Below the pieces are notes generated by a model. The model was not told the origin of the DNA and searched no databases. It saw only the letters and a list, made by a program, of their open reading frames with translations. A DNA stretch of 64,000 nucleotides from the NCBI GenBank assembly GCA_963726745.1, contig CAVSDR010000004.1:312687-376686 (forward strand). Reading direction: 5' to 3'. The position numbers and the translations under genes were made by a program. This document shows positions 30,727 to 39,979 of this stretch, in pieces. Position 1 is the first letter of the stretch; each line of letters opens with the position of its first letter. Source of the stretch: an uncultured Verrucomicrobiae bacterium. GTDB taxonomy: Bacteria > Verrucomicrobiota > Verrucomicrobiia > Chthoniobacterales > UBA10450.

Positions 30727-31772
30727 TTCTTCGGCTCGTCGGCCACGCGCAGGACGATCTTCCCCCGCGTGTGCCCGGTCTCGATCGCTTCCTGCGCTTT
30801 CGCGGCTTCGGCTAACGAGAAAGTTTTCGTGACCACCGGCCGCAGCTTTTTCGCCTCCACCAGGCCGGTTAATTCCGCGAGCACATTGGTATCGGGCGAG
30901 GCCATCAAGGCCAGGCCGCGAATCTTGTGCGCGTCCAGCTGCGCCTGGTCCGGCGGTTCCACCAGGCTCACGAGGATGCCGCCTTCCTGCACCACCGCAT
31001 AGGAACGCTGGAGCGTCTCGCCGCCCACGGAATCGAGCACCACATCGACGTCTTTCGCCACTTCCTCGAAGCGCGCCGCGTTGTAATCGATCGTCTGGTC
31101 GGCTCCCAGTTCCTTGAGGAATTGCTGGTTCCCCGCAGAAGCGGTCGCGATCACTTTCGCTCCGCGCGCCTTCGCGATCTGGATGGCAAAACTGCCCACG
31201 CCGCCGGAGCCGCCGTGAATCAAGACCGTCTGGCCCGCCCCCAAATGGGCCTCGTCCACCAGCGCCTGCCACGCCGTCCCCGCCGCCACCGGCATGGCCG
31301 CAGCCTCGGCGAAGCTGAGCGCCTTTGGCTTGGGCGAGGCTTCGCTTTCTTTCGCGAGCGCGAACTCCGCGTAGCCGCCCGGCCGGCGCAGATTCAGCCC
31401 CGCATAGACCGCGTCGCCCGCCTTGAATTGCGTCACCTTCGCGCCCGCGCTTTCCACGATGCCGGCGACGTCCAGACCGGGCGTAAGCGGAAGCGTGGTC
31501 CCGAGCAGGCGCGCATAACGGCCCGCGCGCATCTGCGCGTCCACCGGGTTCACCCCCGCGGCGATCACCCGGATGAGCACCTCGTCCGCCGCCGGCTCGG
31601 GGCGGGGCGCTTCCTCCAGCTGTAAAACTTCCGGCCCGCCAAAGGACTGCAGACGCACCGCCTGCATCGTCGACGGGGTGGGCGCCGGAGCCGGGGTGGC
31701 CTCCTCCGCCGCGGCCGTCGCCAGGCGCACGCCGACGGCCAGCGCAGCGCAGAGGCGGAGCGGCATTCTCAT
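30723..31772 (-). CDS. NADP-dependent oxidoreductase (MDR/quinone reductase-like)
   Basis: AAGVNPVD, VLIHGGSGGVG, GHTRGKIVL. Confidence 0.88.
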   Translation of the reverse strand: MRMPLRLCAALAVGVRLATAAAEEATPAPAPTPSTMQAVRLQSFGGPEVLQLEEAPRPEPAADEVLIRVIAAGVNPVDAQMRAGRYARLLGTTLPLTPGLDVAGIVESAGAKVTQFKAGDAVYAGLNLRRPGGYAEFALAKESEASPKPKALSFAEAAAMPVAAGTAWQALVDEAHLGAGQTVLIHGGSGGVGSFAIQIAKARGAKVIATASAGNQQFLKELGADQTIDYNAARFEEVAKDVDVVLDSVGGETLQRSYAVVQEGGILVSLVEPPDQAQLDAHKIRGLALMASPDTNVLAELTGLVEAKKLRPVVTKTFSLAEAAKAQEAIETGHTRGKIVLRVADEPKN

Positions 31773-31849
31773 CATGCCGGCTAATTTGGCTGCGGATTGG
31801 CCGATGAAAAGCGCGTGCTCTCCGCGCGCCCGCCTGCTTTCCTGCTCGC

Positions 31850-33529
31850 ATGCGCACCCTCCTGCTCGCGGCCGCCATCTCGCTGTCTCTTTCCGCGTCC
31901 GCTCGCGCCGCCGATCCGCAATTCGACCTGGTCATCGCCGGTGGCGACGTCTTCGACGGGACGGGCAGCCCGCCGGTGCGCGCGGATGTCGGGATCAAGG
32001 GCGACCGCATCGTGGCCCTGGGCGACCTGCGGGAACGCGCGGCCGCGGAACGGATCGACGCCACCGGCCTGGCGGTCGCACCCGGCTTCATCAACATGCT
32101 CTCCTGGTCTAACGAGTCGTTGATTGCCGATGGCCGTTCGCAAAGCGAAATCCGCCAGGGCGTGACCACCGAGATCATGGGCGAAGGCGAATCCATGGGC
32201 CCGGTGAATGACCGGGTGCGCGCGCACATGCTCCGCGGGCAAAAAGACATCAAATACCGGATCGCGTGGACCACGCTCGCGGAAGCGCTCCGTTTCCTCC
32301 AGGAACGCGGCATCTCCTGCAACGTCGCCTCCTTCGTCGGCGCGACCACCATTCGCGAGCACGTGATCGGTTTTGACGACCAGGCGCCCACGCCGGCGCA
32401 GCTCGAGGAGATGCGCGCGCTCGTGCGGCAGGCGATGCGGGAAGGCGCGCTCGGCGTGGGCACGTCGCTGATTTATCCGCCGGCCTTCTACGCGCAGACC
32501 GAGGAGTTGATCGAACTCTGCAAGGTGGCCGCGGAGTTCCAGGGGAAATACATCTCGCACATGCGCAGCGAAGGAAACCACCTCCTGGAGGCCTTCGATG
32601 AACTCAAGCGGATCGCGCGCGAAGCGAAGATCCCCGCGGAGATTTATCACCTCAAAGCCGCGGGCGAAAAGAATTGGGGCAAGCTCGACGAACTGCTCGC
32701 GCGCATCGAGGCCGCGCGCGCGGAAGGGCTCAAGATTACCGCCGATATCTATACCTACCCGGCCGCGGGCACCGGGCTCGATGCCTGCCTCCCGCCGTGG
32801 ACGCAGGACGGCGGCTATCCCGCGCTCTTCCGCCGCCTGCGCGATCCCGCGACGCGCAAAAAGATCGCCGGGCAAGTGGCGCAGCCGAGCGACGACTGGG
32901 AGAATTTCTACCTCGCCGCCGGTTCCCCCGAGCGCATCCTCCTGGTCGGCTTCAAGTCGGAAAAGCTCAAGCCGCTCACCGGGAAAACTCTCGCCGAGGT
33001 CGCGCAGCTGCGCGGCGTGGACCCGATCACCACGCTGATGGATTTGATCGCCGAGGACGAGTCGCGCATCGACACGGTTTACTTCGTCATGTCGGAGGAA
33101 AACGTGCGCAAAAAAGTGGCGCAACCATGGATCACCTTCGGCTCCGACGAAGCCTCGCAACCGAACGAGGGCGTCTTCCTGAAGTCGCATCCGCATCCGC
33201 GCGCCTATGGGAATTTCGCGCGCCTTCTCGGCAAATACGTGCGCGAAGAAAAAGTGATCTCGCTGCCTGAAGCAATCCACCGGCTGAGCGGGCTGCCCGC
33301 GACCAACCTCGGCCTGGATCATCGCGGCTTCCTCCAGGAAGGGATGTTCGCCGACGTCGTCGTGTTCGACCCGGCGACGATCGCCGACCGCGCGACCTTC
33401 GCCGAGCCGCAGCAATACGCCGTGGGCATGCGGCACGTCTTCGTCAACGGAAAGCAGGTGCTGCGAGATGGCGAGCATACCGGCGCGAAGCCCGGCCGGG
33501 CCTTGCGCGGCCCGGGCGCGACTCGTTAG
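31850..33529 (+). CDS. N-acyl-D-amino-acid deacylase (D-aminoacylase) family
   Basis: APGFIN, SHMRSE, IYHLK, HPRAYGNF, ADVVVFDP. Confidence 0.88.
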   Translation: MRTLLLAAAISLSLSASARAADPQFDLVIAGGDVFDGTGSPPVRADVGIKGDRIVALGDLRERAAAERIDATGLAVAPGFINMLSWSNESLIADGRSQSEIRQGVTTEIMGEGESMGPVNDRVRAHMLRGQKDIKYRIAWTTLAEALRFLQERGISCNVASFVGATTIREHVIGFDDQAPTPAQLEEMRALVRQAMREGALGVGTSLIYPPAFYAQTEELIELCKVAAEFQGKYISHMRSEGNHLLEAFDELKRIAREAKIPAEIYHLKAAGEKNWGKLDELLARIEAARAEGLKITADIYTYPAAGTGLDACLPPWTQDGGYPALFRRLRDPATRKKIAGQVAQPSDDWENFYLAAGSPERILLVGFKSEKLKPLTGKTLAEVAQLRGVDPITTLMDLIAEDESRIDTVYFVMSEENVRKKVAQPWITFGSDEASQPNEGVFLKSHPHPRAYGNFARLLGKYVREEKVISLPEAIHRLSGLPATNLGLDHRGFLQEGMFADVVVFDPATIADRATFAEPQQYAVGMRHVFVNGKQVLRDGEHTGAKPGRALRGPGATR

Positions 33530-33542
33530 GCGAAAAGGTCGT

Positions 33543-34745
33543 ATGGAAAATTCCCTGGCGCGGGCCGTCCGGGCGATCTATCAACGCCGGCCTTACCCCG
33601 ATCCCGCGCGCACCCGGCGCAAGATTACCTGGCAACTTCCCCCGCCCGAATGGATCCAGGCGATCGCGGACGTGGCCGCGCCGCCGCGAATCCTCGTGGC
33701 CGGTTGCGGGACAGGGAACGAGGCCTTCGCCTTGCGACGTCGCTTCCCCGAGGCTGAGATCGTCGCGCTCGATTTCTCGACGCGCGCGCTTGCCCTGGCC
33801 AGGACACTGGAGCGCTCGCTCCTCCGACGTGCGCGACCGATCGCTTTCCAGCAAGCCGACCTGAGCGAGCCCGGCTGGACGCGGCCCTGGCGGGAAACGT
33901 TCGACTTCATCAGCGCTCACGGCGTCTTCTCCTACATTCCCGCGCCGGCCCGGGCGCTGCGCCATCTGGCCGCCTGCCTAACGAGTGAAGGCGCGGTCTA
34001 TTTGGGCGTAAATGGGGCGCCGCATTACAGCACTCGCTGGCGCCCGGCGTTGCGCGCGCTGGGATTCGATCCCGCCCGCTTCCCGGACAACGCGCGCGCC
34101 CTCCGCGGGGTGCTCGGCCTGTGCGATGCGCTCGCCGGACACGCGCCGGATGAAATTGCCGGCAAACCGGCGGACTACCTCGCGGGCGATCTCTTCGGGC
34201 CGTTGATCACGACGCAATCCCTCGACGAATGGAGCGCCCTCGCGGCCGGCGCCGGGCTCGAGTTTCACGGCAGCTACCCCGCGCACCGCAAACTCCGCCG
34301 CGCCTTCGCCGATCGGCGCTACCGCCTGCTCTTCCCCCGTGGCCGGGCCGAGGCGCAACGACTCGCGGAGCAGCTCGCGCCCTCCTCGTTCCACCAGCTT
34401 CTCTTTCGGCGCACGCCGCCGCCGGTGGTGCCTTGGAAAAATCGCGCGCGCCTCCTGCGCTGGCGCCCAGAGCGCACTGGCCTTTATCGGCTCGTTAGAC
34501 CAAAAGCCGCTGCCGCCGGCGCGGACCGGGAGCGTCTGGTCTTTGAAAGCGAAGGAAGCAACACCCGCGTGGAACTCCAGGCCGCGCGGTGGGTTCGCCG
34601 CCTCCTGCGCGCGGCGGATGGCACCAAGTCGCTGGCTAGTTGCCTCGCCGACGAACGGCCGCGCCCGTCCGCCGCCGAGATTGCCGAGGAACTTTACCCG
34701 CTCGAATTGCTCGCGGTCTTGAATTTCCGGCCGCCCCTCCCCTAA
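33543..34745 (+). CDS. Class I SAM-dependent methyltransferase
   Basis: YQRRPYP, RILVAGCGTG, LDFS, FDFISAHGV. Confidence 0.75.
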   Translation: MENSLARAVRAIYQRRPYPDPARTRRKITWQLPPPEWIQAIADVAAPPRILVAGCGTGNEAFALRRRFPEAEIVALDFSTRALALARTLERSLLRRARPIAFQQADLSEPGWTRPWRETFDFISAHGVFSYIPAPARALRHLAACLTSEGAVYLGVNGAPHYSTRWRPALRALGFDPARFPDNARALRGVLGLCDALAGHAPDEIAGKPADYLAGDLFGPLITTQSLDEWSALAAGAGLEFHGSYPAHRKLRRAFADRRYRLLFPRGRAEAQRLAEQLAPSSFHQLLFRRTPPPVVPWKNRARLLRWRPERTGLYRLVRPKAAAAGADRERLVFESEGSNTRVELQAARWVRRLLRAADGTKSLASCLADERPRPSAAEIAEELYPLELLAVLNFRPPLP

Positions 34746-34798
34746 CGAGCGCGGCTTTTGATTTGCCGGCCGAGGCGCGCTCCTCCTAACCTCGCGAC

Positions 34799-36547
34799 GT
34801 GAAAGCCTTCGCTCTCCTCGCCCTTCTGCCCACCCTCCTCGCCGCCCAATCCGTGCAGGAAACGCCGCCCGACCTCTCCGGCAAAGCGCTCCTGACCAAA
34901 TCCGCGCCGGTCGCCGGCGCGACCGTGCTGCGCAATCTCGCGCGCGAATATTACGCCTGGCGCAACGAGAACTTTCCCGTCTGGAGCAGCGATGCCGGGC
35001 TGCATCGCTGGGACGATCGGCTGACCGATTACGCCCCCGCGAAAATCGCGGAGCGCCAGGAGCACGTCCGCGCGCTCCTGGAGAAAGTGCGCACGATGAA
35101 GACGGAAGGCTGGTCGAAGGACGACCGGATTGATTGGCTCCTTTTCCGCGCACAGCTCGAGCAGGCCGCCTTCGGCGATCGCGTGCTCGAATCGACCCGC
35201 AAGAATCCGCAGGTCTATCTCGGCGAGTGCACCGGCGGCATCTTTTCGCTCCTGAAAAAGGAGTATGCCCCGCCGCGCGAACGCGCCCTCGCCGCCACCG
35301 CGCGTTTGCGCCAGATGCCGGCCCTGCTGAAGCAAGGCCTCGGCAACCTGCAGAATCCGGTGAAGCTCTACGCGCAGCTCGCGATCGCCTCGGCGCGCGC
35401 GATTGATCCGCTCTTTACCGGCAGCCTGATGGCGCTCGACCAGGGGCTTTCGCCGGAAGAACACCAGAACCTGGTGGAGGCGCGCGACGCCGCCCTCGCG
35501 GCCACCCACAGTTTTGCCGACGAACTGGAGAAACGACTGCCCGCGATGCCGGACTTCGCACCCATGGGCGAGGCGAACTACAACTACTACCTCAAGCACG
35601 TCCTTCTGCTCCCGCTCGATGCCGCCCAGGTCGAGATGCTTGGCCGGGTCGAGCTCGGGCGTTATCGTGCGCTCGAGGCGATGCTGCGCGATCCCTCGTT
35701 AGCCGATCCGAACCCCGCGCGGAGCAAAAACATCCCGCCCGACCAGGCCTCGTTCCTCCAGGCCTACGAGAGCCGCGAGGCGGAGATGATCGCCTTTTTG
35801 AAGGACAACAAACTGGTTACCGTGCCGGAATATCTCGGGCGTTTCGAGATCCGGCAATTACCCGACGCCTTCAAGCCGACTAGCCCGGGAGGTTTCATGA
35901 ACCCGCCCGGCCTTTACGATAAGGACCCGACCGGCTTCTACTTCATCCCGACCTACAACCCGGAGTCGAAGAACTTTTACATCCGCGCGGCGATCGAGGA
36001 CCCGCGCCCGATCCTCGGGCACGAGGGCATCCCCGGCCACTTCATGCAGCTCTCGATTGCGAATCATTTGCCGAACGAAATTAGACGGCAACATGGCGAC
36101 AACGTCTTCGTCGAAGGCTGGGCGCTTTATGGCGAGGAGATGCTCCTGCGCCGCGGCCTTTACCCGGAGAATTCCCCCGCGCACGGCCAGATCCTGCGCC
36201 TCTCGCGCTATCGCTCCGCCCGCATCGGGGTGGACGTGAACCTGCACACCGGCCGCTGGAGCTTCGAGGAAGCGGTCAAGTATTTCCAGGAAGCTGGCGG
36301 GCTCGACCGCGAAGCCGCCGAAGGCGAAGCCGCCGGCGCCGCCTCCGATCCCACGCAGAAAATCAGCTACATCACCGGCAAATGGCAGATCATGAATCTG
36401 CTCGGGAAATACCGCGACCAGAAAGGCCCCGACTTCTCGTTAGGCAAATTCCACGACGACCTGATCAAGCACGGCAGCCTCCCCTTATCGATCATCCAAT
36501 GGATCCTGCTGGACGACCCGAGCGCGCTCGAACAAGCGCTGAAGTAA
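34799..36547 (+). CDS. DUF885 family protein (paralogue 3)
   Basis: HEGIPGHFMQ, EGWALYGE, YITGK, KFHD. Confidence 0.85.
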   Translation: MKAFALLALLPTLLAAQSVQETPPDLSGKALLTKSAPVAGATVLRNLAREYYAWRNENFPVWSSDAGLHRWDDRLTDYAPAKIAERQEHVRALLEKVRTMKTEGWSKDDRIDWLLFRAQLEQAAFGDRVLESTRKNPQVYLGECTGGIFSLLKKEYAPPRERALAATARLRQMPALLKQGLGNLQNPVKLYAQLAIASARAIDPLFTGSLMALDQGLSPEEHQNLVEARDAALAATHSFADELEKRLPAMPDFAPMGEANYNYYLKHVLLLPLDAAQVEMLGRVELGRYRALEAMLRDPSLADPNPARSKNIPPDQASFLQAYESREAEMIAFLKDNKLVTVPEYLGRFEIRQLPDAFKPTSPGGFMNPPGLYDKDPTGFYFIPTYNPESKNFYIRAAIEDPRPILGHEGIPGHFMQLSIANHLPNEIRRQHGDNVFVEGWALYGEEMLLRRGLYPENSPAHGQILRLSRYRSARIGVDVNLHTGRWSFEEAVKYFQEAGGLDREAAEGEAAGAASDPTQKISYITGKWQIMNLLGKYRDQKGPDFSLGKFHDDLIKHGSLPLSIIQWILLDDPSALEQALK

Positions 36548-36569
36548 GCCTTGGCCACCTCCCTCGACG

Positions 36570-36751
36570 CGCCCGCTGCCCGCACTAGATCATACAATGC
36601 GCGGTGAGGTAAACGTGGGTGGAGGTGAGGACGAACCGCAACGCACCGCCTCTGCCGGAGGCCTCCCTTGGAGAGCGGCAGAAGACACGAAGTGACCGGG
36701 CGGCACTTTGCCTCACCGCCCATTGTATGATTCTCGTGCAAGCAGCGGGCG
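36570..36751. repeat. 182-bp element bounded by ~47-bp imperfect inverted repeats (structured RNA or MITE candidate)
   Basis: CGCCCGCTGC...ATCATACAATGCGCGGTGAGGTAAA pairs with TTTGCCTCACCGCCCATTGTATGAT...GCAGCGGGCG. Confidence 0.65.
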
Positions 36752-36997
36752 TGACAGACGGCGGAGGGGGCTTGGGTAGCACGCAGCGTGACGGCAGAGG
36801 ACTCGTTAGGGTGTTCTTGGGACGAGTGCTCTGCCGGCGCGATGCGTGCCGGGTCTCGTTGCCCAAGGCGGTGGCCGCGATGCCGTTTCGTTTGATGCAG
36901 CGCAGCTGCCGCTAATCTTCTACTACTCGTTAGGCGTGATCGCCGACTTTGGCGATGACGCCGGTCGCGAGCGCAGTATCCTTTGGCGATTGTGGGT

Positions 36998-37486
36998 CTA
37001 ACCGTGATTCACTTTCGCTTTGACCTTGGAAAATGATGTCCCGTCGCCGAACACAATCTCTTTGCTGTCGATCTTTACGATCTTCCGCCTTTCCACCTTC
37101 GTCTCGAACGGAGGCGGATTGGCTGGATTTAACTTTTTGATGATGTCCTTCAGCGGCTTGTTATTCATCTCCATGATAAGGGCGTCTCCCTCAACTCGCC
37201 ATGTTCCCGCGCGGACGAACTGGAATTCATTATCCGCGATTGCTCGCCCGTCTTTATCGTCGGGAGGAAACCCCTCTCTAACCGTTCGGTCCGCATCGAA
37301 GATAATCCGGCCGGTTCCTTCGATATAGGTCCATGACCACGAACCGACGATTTGCTGCTCCATCGAAGACAATGGCGCACCGCACGCCAAAAGGAGCAGC
37401 GATAGCGAGGCAGCCACACAAATTCGCGTGGGTAATGGTCCACGCAGAGCCTGACGTGCGGGCGAAGTAGGCGGATTCATTACCAA
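36998..37486 (-). CDS. Lipoprotein, candidate immunity protein of the upstream Rhs C-terminal toxin
   Basis: SLLLLA-C lipobox, lower GC, directly downstream of the Rhs-CT. Confidence 0.6.
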   Translation of the reverse strand: MVMNPPTSPARQALRGPLPTRICVAASLSLLLLACGAPLSSMEQQIVGSWSWTYIEGTGRIIFDADRTVREGFPPDDKDGRAIADNEFQFVRAGTWRVEGDALIMEMNNKPLKDIIKKLNPANPPPFETKVERRKIVKIDSKEIVFGDGTSFSKVKAKVNHG

Positions 37487-37535
37487 TGCGTTGGATCCTG
37501 CTCCGGCACTGAGGTCGGAACCGCGGGATATTTTT

Positions 37536-38540
37536 CTAAGTTATGGGTGCCACTTGATGATCGTATTTGAGTTTCTGCTGAATATTGAAACCGCTGACGA
37601 TCCCGGAAAAATTGCGTAGATTATCGAGGCTGGCCGCAGCAGCACCGCTCCAATACCTCACCCCAAGATCACGTGCGTCTTGCACATGCTGTAGTTCGCG
37701 AGTGATGACATTCGTTCCCACAAACTGCTGATCATAGTACCAGTTCACGTGGAGCGTAAGATCCACGTTGTTGCCGCTACCACTAGACGAACCACTGGCC
37801 TTCGTCAGGCCACCTTTGCCAGTCTCCTGATACAAGTTGGAAGACGAGTGATTCGCGACAGTTCGGTCATTCCAATTTCCTGAGCTAAAGACGCGGACAT
37901 GCGCCGGAATATTGCTGCCAAGCACCGGACGGTAGGTATCTTTGACGAGAACCGGTTTTGCCTTCTCTGGATCGTCCTTTGAAGTATCGAAGAGTCCCGT
38001 CGGATCACTTCTGTTAACTGGATCATTGTGGCAGTAGCGATAGAGATTGTAATCCCCGGCTTCGAATTGCTTGGGATCGGGCTGGAGGAAGCGGCCTAGC
38101 TCCGGTTGATACCAGCGGTTCCGGTAGTCGTAGAGCCGCAGCTCGCTGAGCCATTCCCGCCCGGTGAAGAGGAAGCGGTTGCCAAAGCCCGAGCCGGCCG
38201 TCGGGTTGCCCGCCGGGTTGTAGAAGTAGGGCTTCCCGAAGGCGTCGTAGTCATACTGCTCGATCATGTTCCCCGTAACCCAGTCGCTCAAGAAGACGCA
38301 ATGCCCCCGCGCGTCGTAATGGTGGAGCGCCAGTTGCCCGGTGGTTAGGTTACGGCTCGCGATCATTTCATCGGGCCCGGCGCCAAAACAATTCCGCCGC
38401 ACCGATTGTCCCGCGCCCGGGCCCTCATCGATCAGCCGCCAGCCGTCGTAATAAAAATAGGTCGCCGGATAAGGCGAAGTCGGCACCGGATCGTAGCCCG
38501 GATGAGGCTGGGCCGGAGTGAACTTCAACGATAGATCCAA
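37536..38540 (-). CDS. Orphan RHS repeat-associated core plus variable C-terminal domain
   Basis: YDAFG, FLFTGRE, YDYRNRWY..ELGRFLQPDP, NLYRYCHNDPVNRSDPTGL; no YD-repeat body upstream. Confidence 0.85.
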   Translation of the reverse strand: MDLSLKFTPAQPHPGYDPVPTSPYPATYFYYDGWRLIDEGPGAGQSVRRNCFGAGPDEMIASRNLTTGQLALHHYDARGHCVFLSDWVTGNMIEQYDYDAFGKPYFYNPAGNPTAGSGFGNRFLFTGREWLSELRLYDYRNRWYQPELGRFLQPDPKQFEAGDYNLYRYCHNDPVNRSDPTGLFDTSKDDPEKAKPVLVKDTYRPVLGSNIPAHVRVFSSGNWNDRTVANHSSSNLYQETGKGGLTKASGSSSGSGNNVDLTLHVNWYYDQQFVGTNVITRELQHVQDARDLGVRYWSGAAAASLDNLRNFSGIVSGFNIQQKLKYDHQVAPIT

Positions 38541-38893
38541 AGCAGAACCCCGGGCACGGCCACGCCGAGGAGCAGGCTCAGGGTGGCGGCCAGAGGTTGC
38601 CGGCTAAATCGGTAGGCCATGACCACGCCGAGCACGCTCGTGCTGACCAGCCCGGCCGCGGCCAGGACCATGAAGTAGCGCAGCGGCGTGGGCTGGCGCG
38701 CGGGGGTTGGCGGGACGTGCGCCTCGGTGTGAATCTCCGAAAGCACGGAGAGCGCGCGCGGGGCCAGGTAGCTCCGGTCCTTGGTGCTCTTGTGATAGTT
38801 AAAAAGCTGCCAGGCGCCGGTGACGGCGAAGAAGATCAACATCGGCGCGAAGAAGCAGCCGAGATAAAGATGGAGGCGGCGGAGGAGTTTCAT
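38525..38893 (-). CDS. Small PepSY-associated-TM-like membrane protein
   Basis: LLRRLHLYLGCFFAPMLIFFAVTG; three hydrophobic helices. Confidence 0.7.
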   Translation of the reverse strand: MKLLRRLHLYLGCFFAPMLIFFAVTGAWQLFNYHKSTKDRSYLAPRALSVLSEIHTEAHVPPTPARQPTPLRYFMVLAAAGLVSTSVLGVVMAYRFSRQPLAATLSLLLGVAVPGVLLWIYR

Positions 38894-39951
38894 CGAGAAG
38901 CGTCGAGGGCCGCGCCCAGGCGCTCCAGCCCGGCGCGAAGTTCTGCCGCCTCGCCGCCGATGCCAAGACGGAAATGGTCCGGCCGCTCAAAGAAGTGTCC
39001 GGGGACGACGGTGGTCTCGAAGTCGTCGCGTAACCGCTGGAAAAAACGCTCCGGATCGCCGCTCGTTAGGCGCGGGAAGAAGACCGAGCCGGCCGGCGGG
39101 CGGAAGCAGTCGAGATCCGTGCGCGCATCGAGGAATTTCTCCATGATCGGGCGATTAGCCGACAAGATGGCCTGGCTGCGCGCGCGGAATTGCGCGAGCC
39201 GATCGAAGGCCAGGACGGAGAGCCGCTCCGGGACGTGCGGCGCGGTCGCGCCGAAAAGATCGTTCAAACGCCAGATGCGCTCAGCTAGATTCGGCGCGGC
39301 CAGGATCCAGCCGCAGCGCAGTCCGCTTAAGCCATAGGCCTTGGTCAGGCTGCTGGTGATCACGAAGGGATTTTCGCCACCGAGGGTTTCGCCAATCGGG
39401 AATGCGGCCGGCGGCTGTGTGTCTTCGAAGAGCATCTCGAGATAGACCTCATCGACCAGCACGTGCGCGCCCTGCTCGAGGGCCCGTTGGCCTAACGAAC
39501 GGAGCGCTTCCGCCGGCAGGAGTGCGCCCGTGGGGTTGTGAAAATTAGTCAGCACGATCACGCGCGTAGCCGGCGTGATGGGAATCTCCTCCGGCGCCCA
39601 GGCGTTCTCCCGGCGCCGCTGGAAACGCGTTACGCGCGCGCCGAGATAATGCGCCACGTCGAGGAGCAAACCGTAGGTCGGTTCCTCGATCAGCACTTCA
39701 TCGCCGGGCGCAACCAGCGCCGCGAGCGCGAGGTGATTCGCCATCGAGGTGCCGGCGGCGGTGACCACGTTTTCCGGACGCGCGCCGGCGTGCCGCGCGA
39801 TCCGCTCGAGCAGCGGCGCGTAGCCGTAGCCGCCATGCGTGAGCTCGAGGTCGCCCTGGTCGAACTCCGGGAAGTCGCGCATGGGCACGTTCATGATCCC
39901 GCTGGTGGCGAGATTGAAACGGGCCGCGGAACGGGTCTTGGCCCATTCCAT
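38890..39951 (-). CDS. Class I/II PLP-dependent aminotransferase
   Basis: NFHNPTG, LVDEVY, SSLTKAYGLSGLRCGW. Confidence 0.9.
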   Translation of the reverse strand: MEWAKTRSAARFNLATSGIMNVPMRDFPEFDQGDLELTHGGYGYAPLLERIARHAGARPENVVTAAGTSMANHLALAALVAPGDEVLIEEPTYGLLLDVAHYLGARVTRFQRRRENAWAPEEIPITPATRVIVLTNFHNPTGALLPAEALRSLGQRALEQGAHVLVDEVYLEMLFEDTQPPAAFPIGETLGGENPFVITSSLTKAYGLSGLRCGWILAAPNLAERIWRLNDLFGATAPHVPERLSVLAFDRLAQFRARSQAILSANRPIMEKFLDARTDLDCFRPPAGSVFFPRLTSGDPERFFQRLRDDFETTVVPGHFFERPDHFRLGIGGEAAELRAGLERLGAALDASR

Positions 39952-39979
39952 GTAAGGGGAGCGAAGGAGTTTTCATTCG

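Noticed and set aside
14148..33478. Long alternative ORFs such as 14148..16559 (803 aa), 20126..22153, 29947..32463 and 31781..33478
   Set aside because: These are antisense or off-frame shadows of real genes in GC-rich DNA, or upstream over-extensions. They are Arg/Gly/Ala-rich with no motifs of their own.
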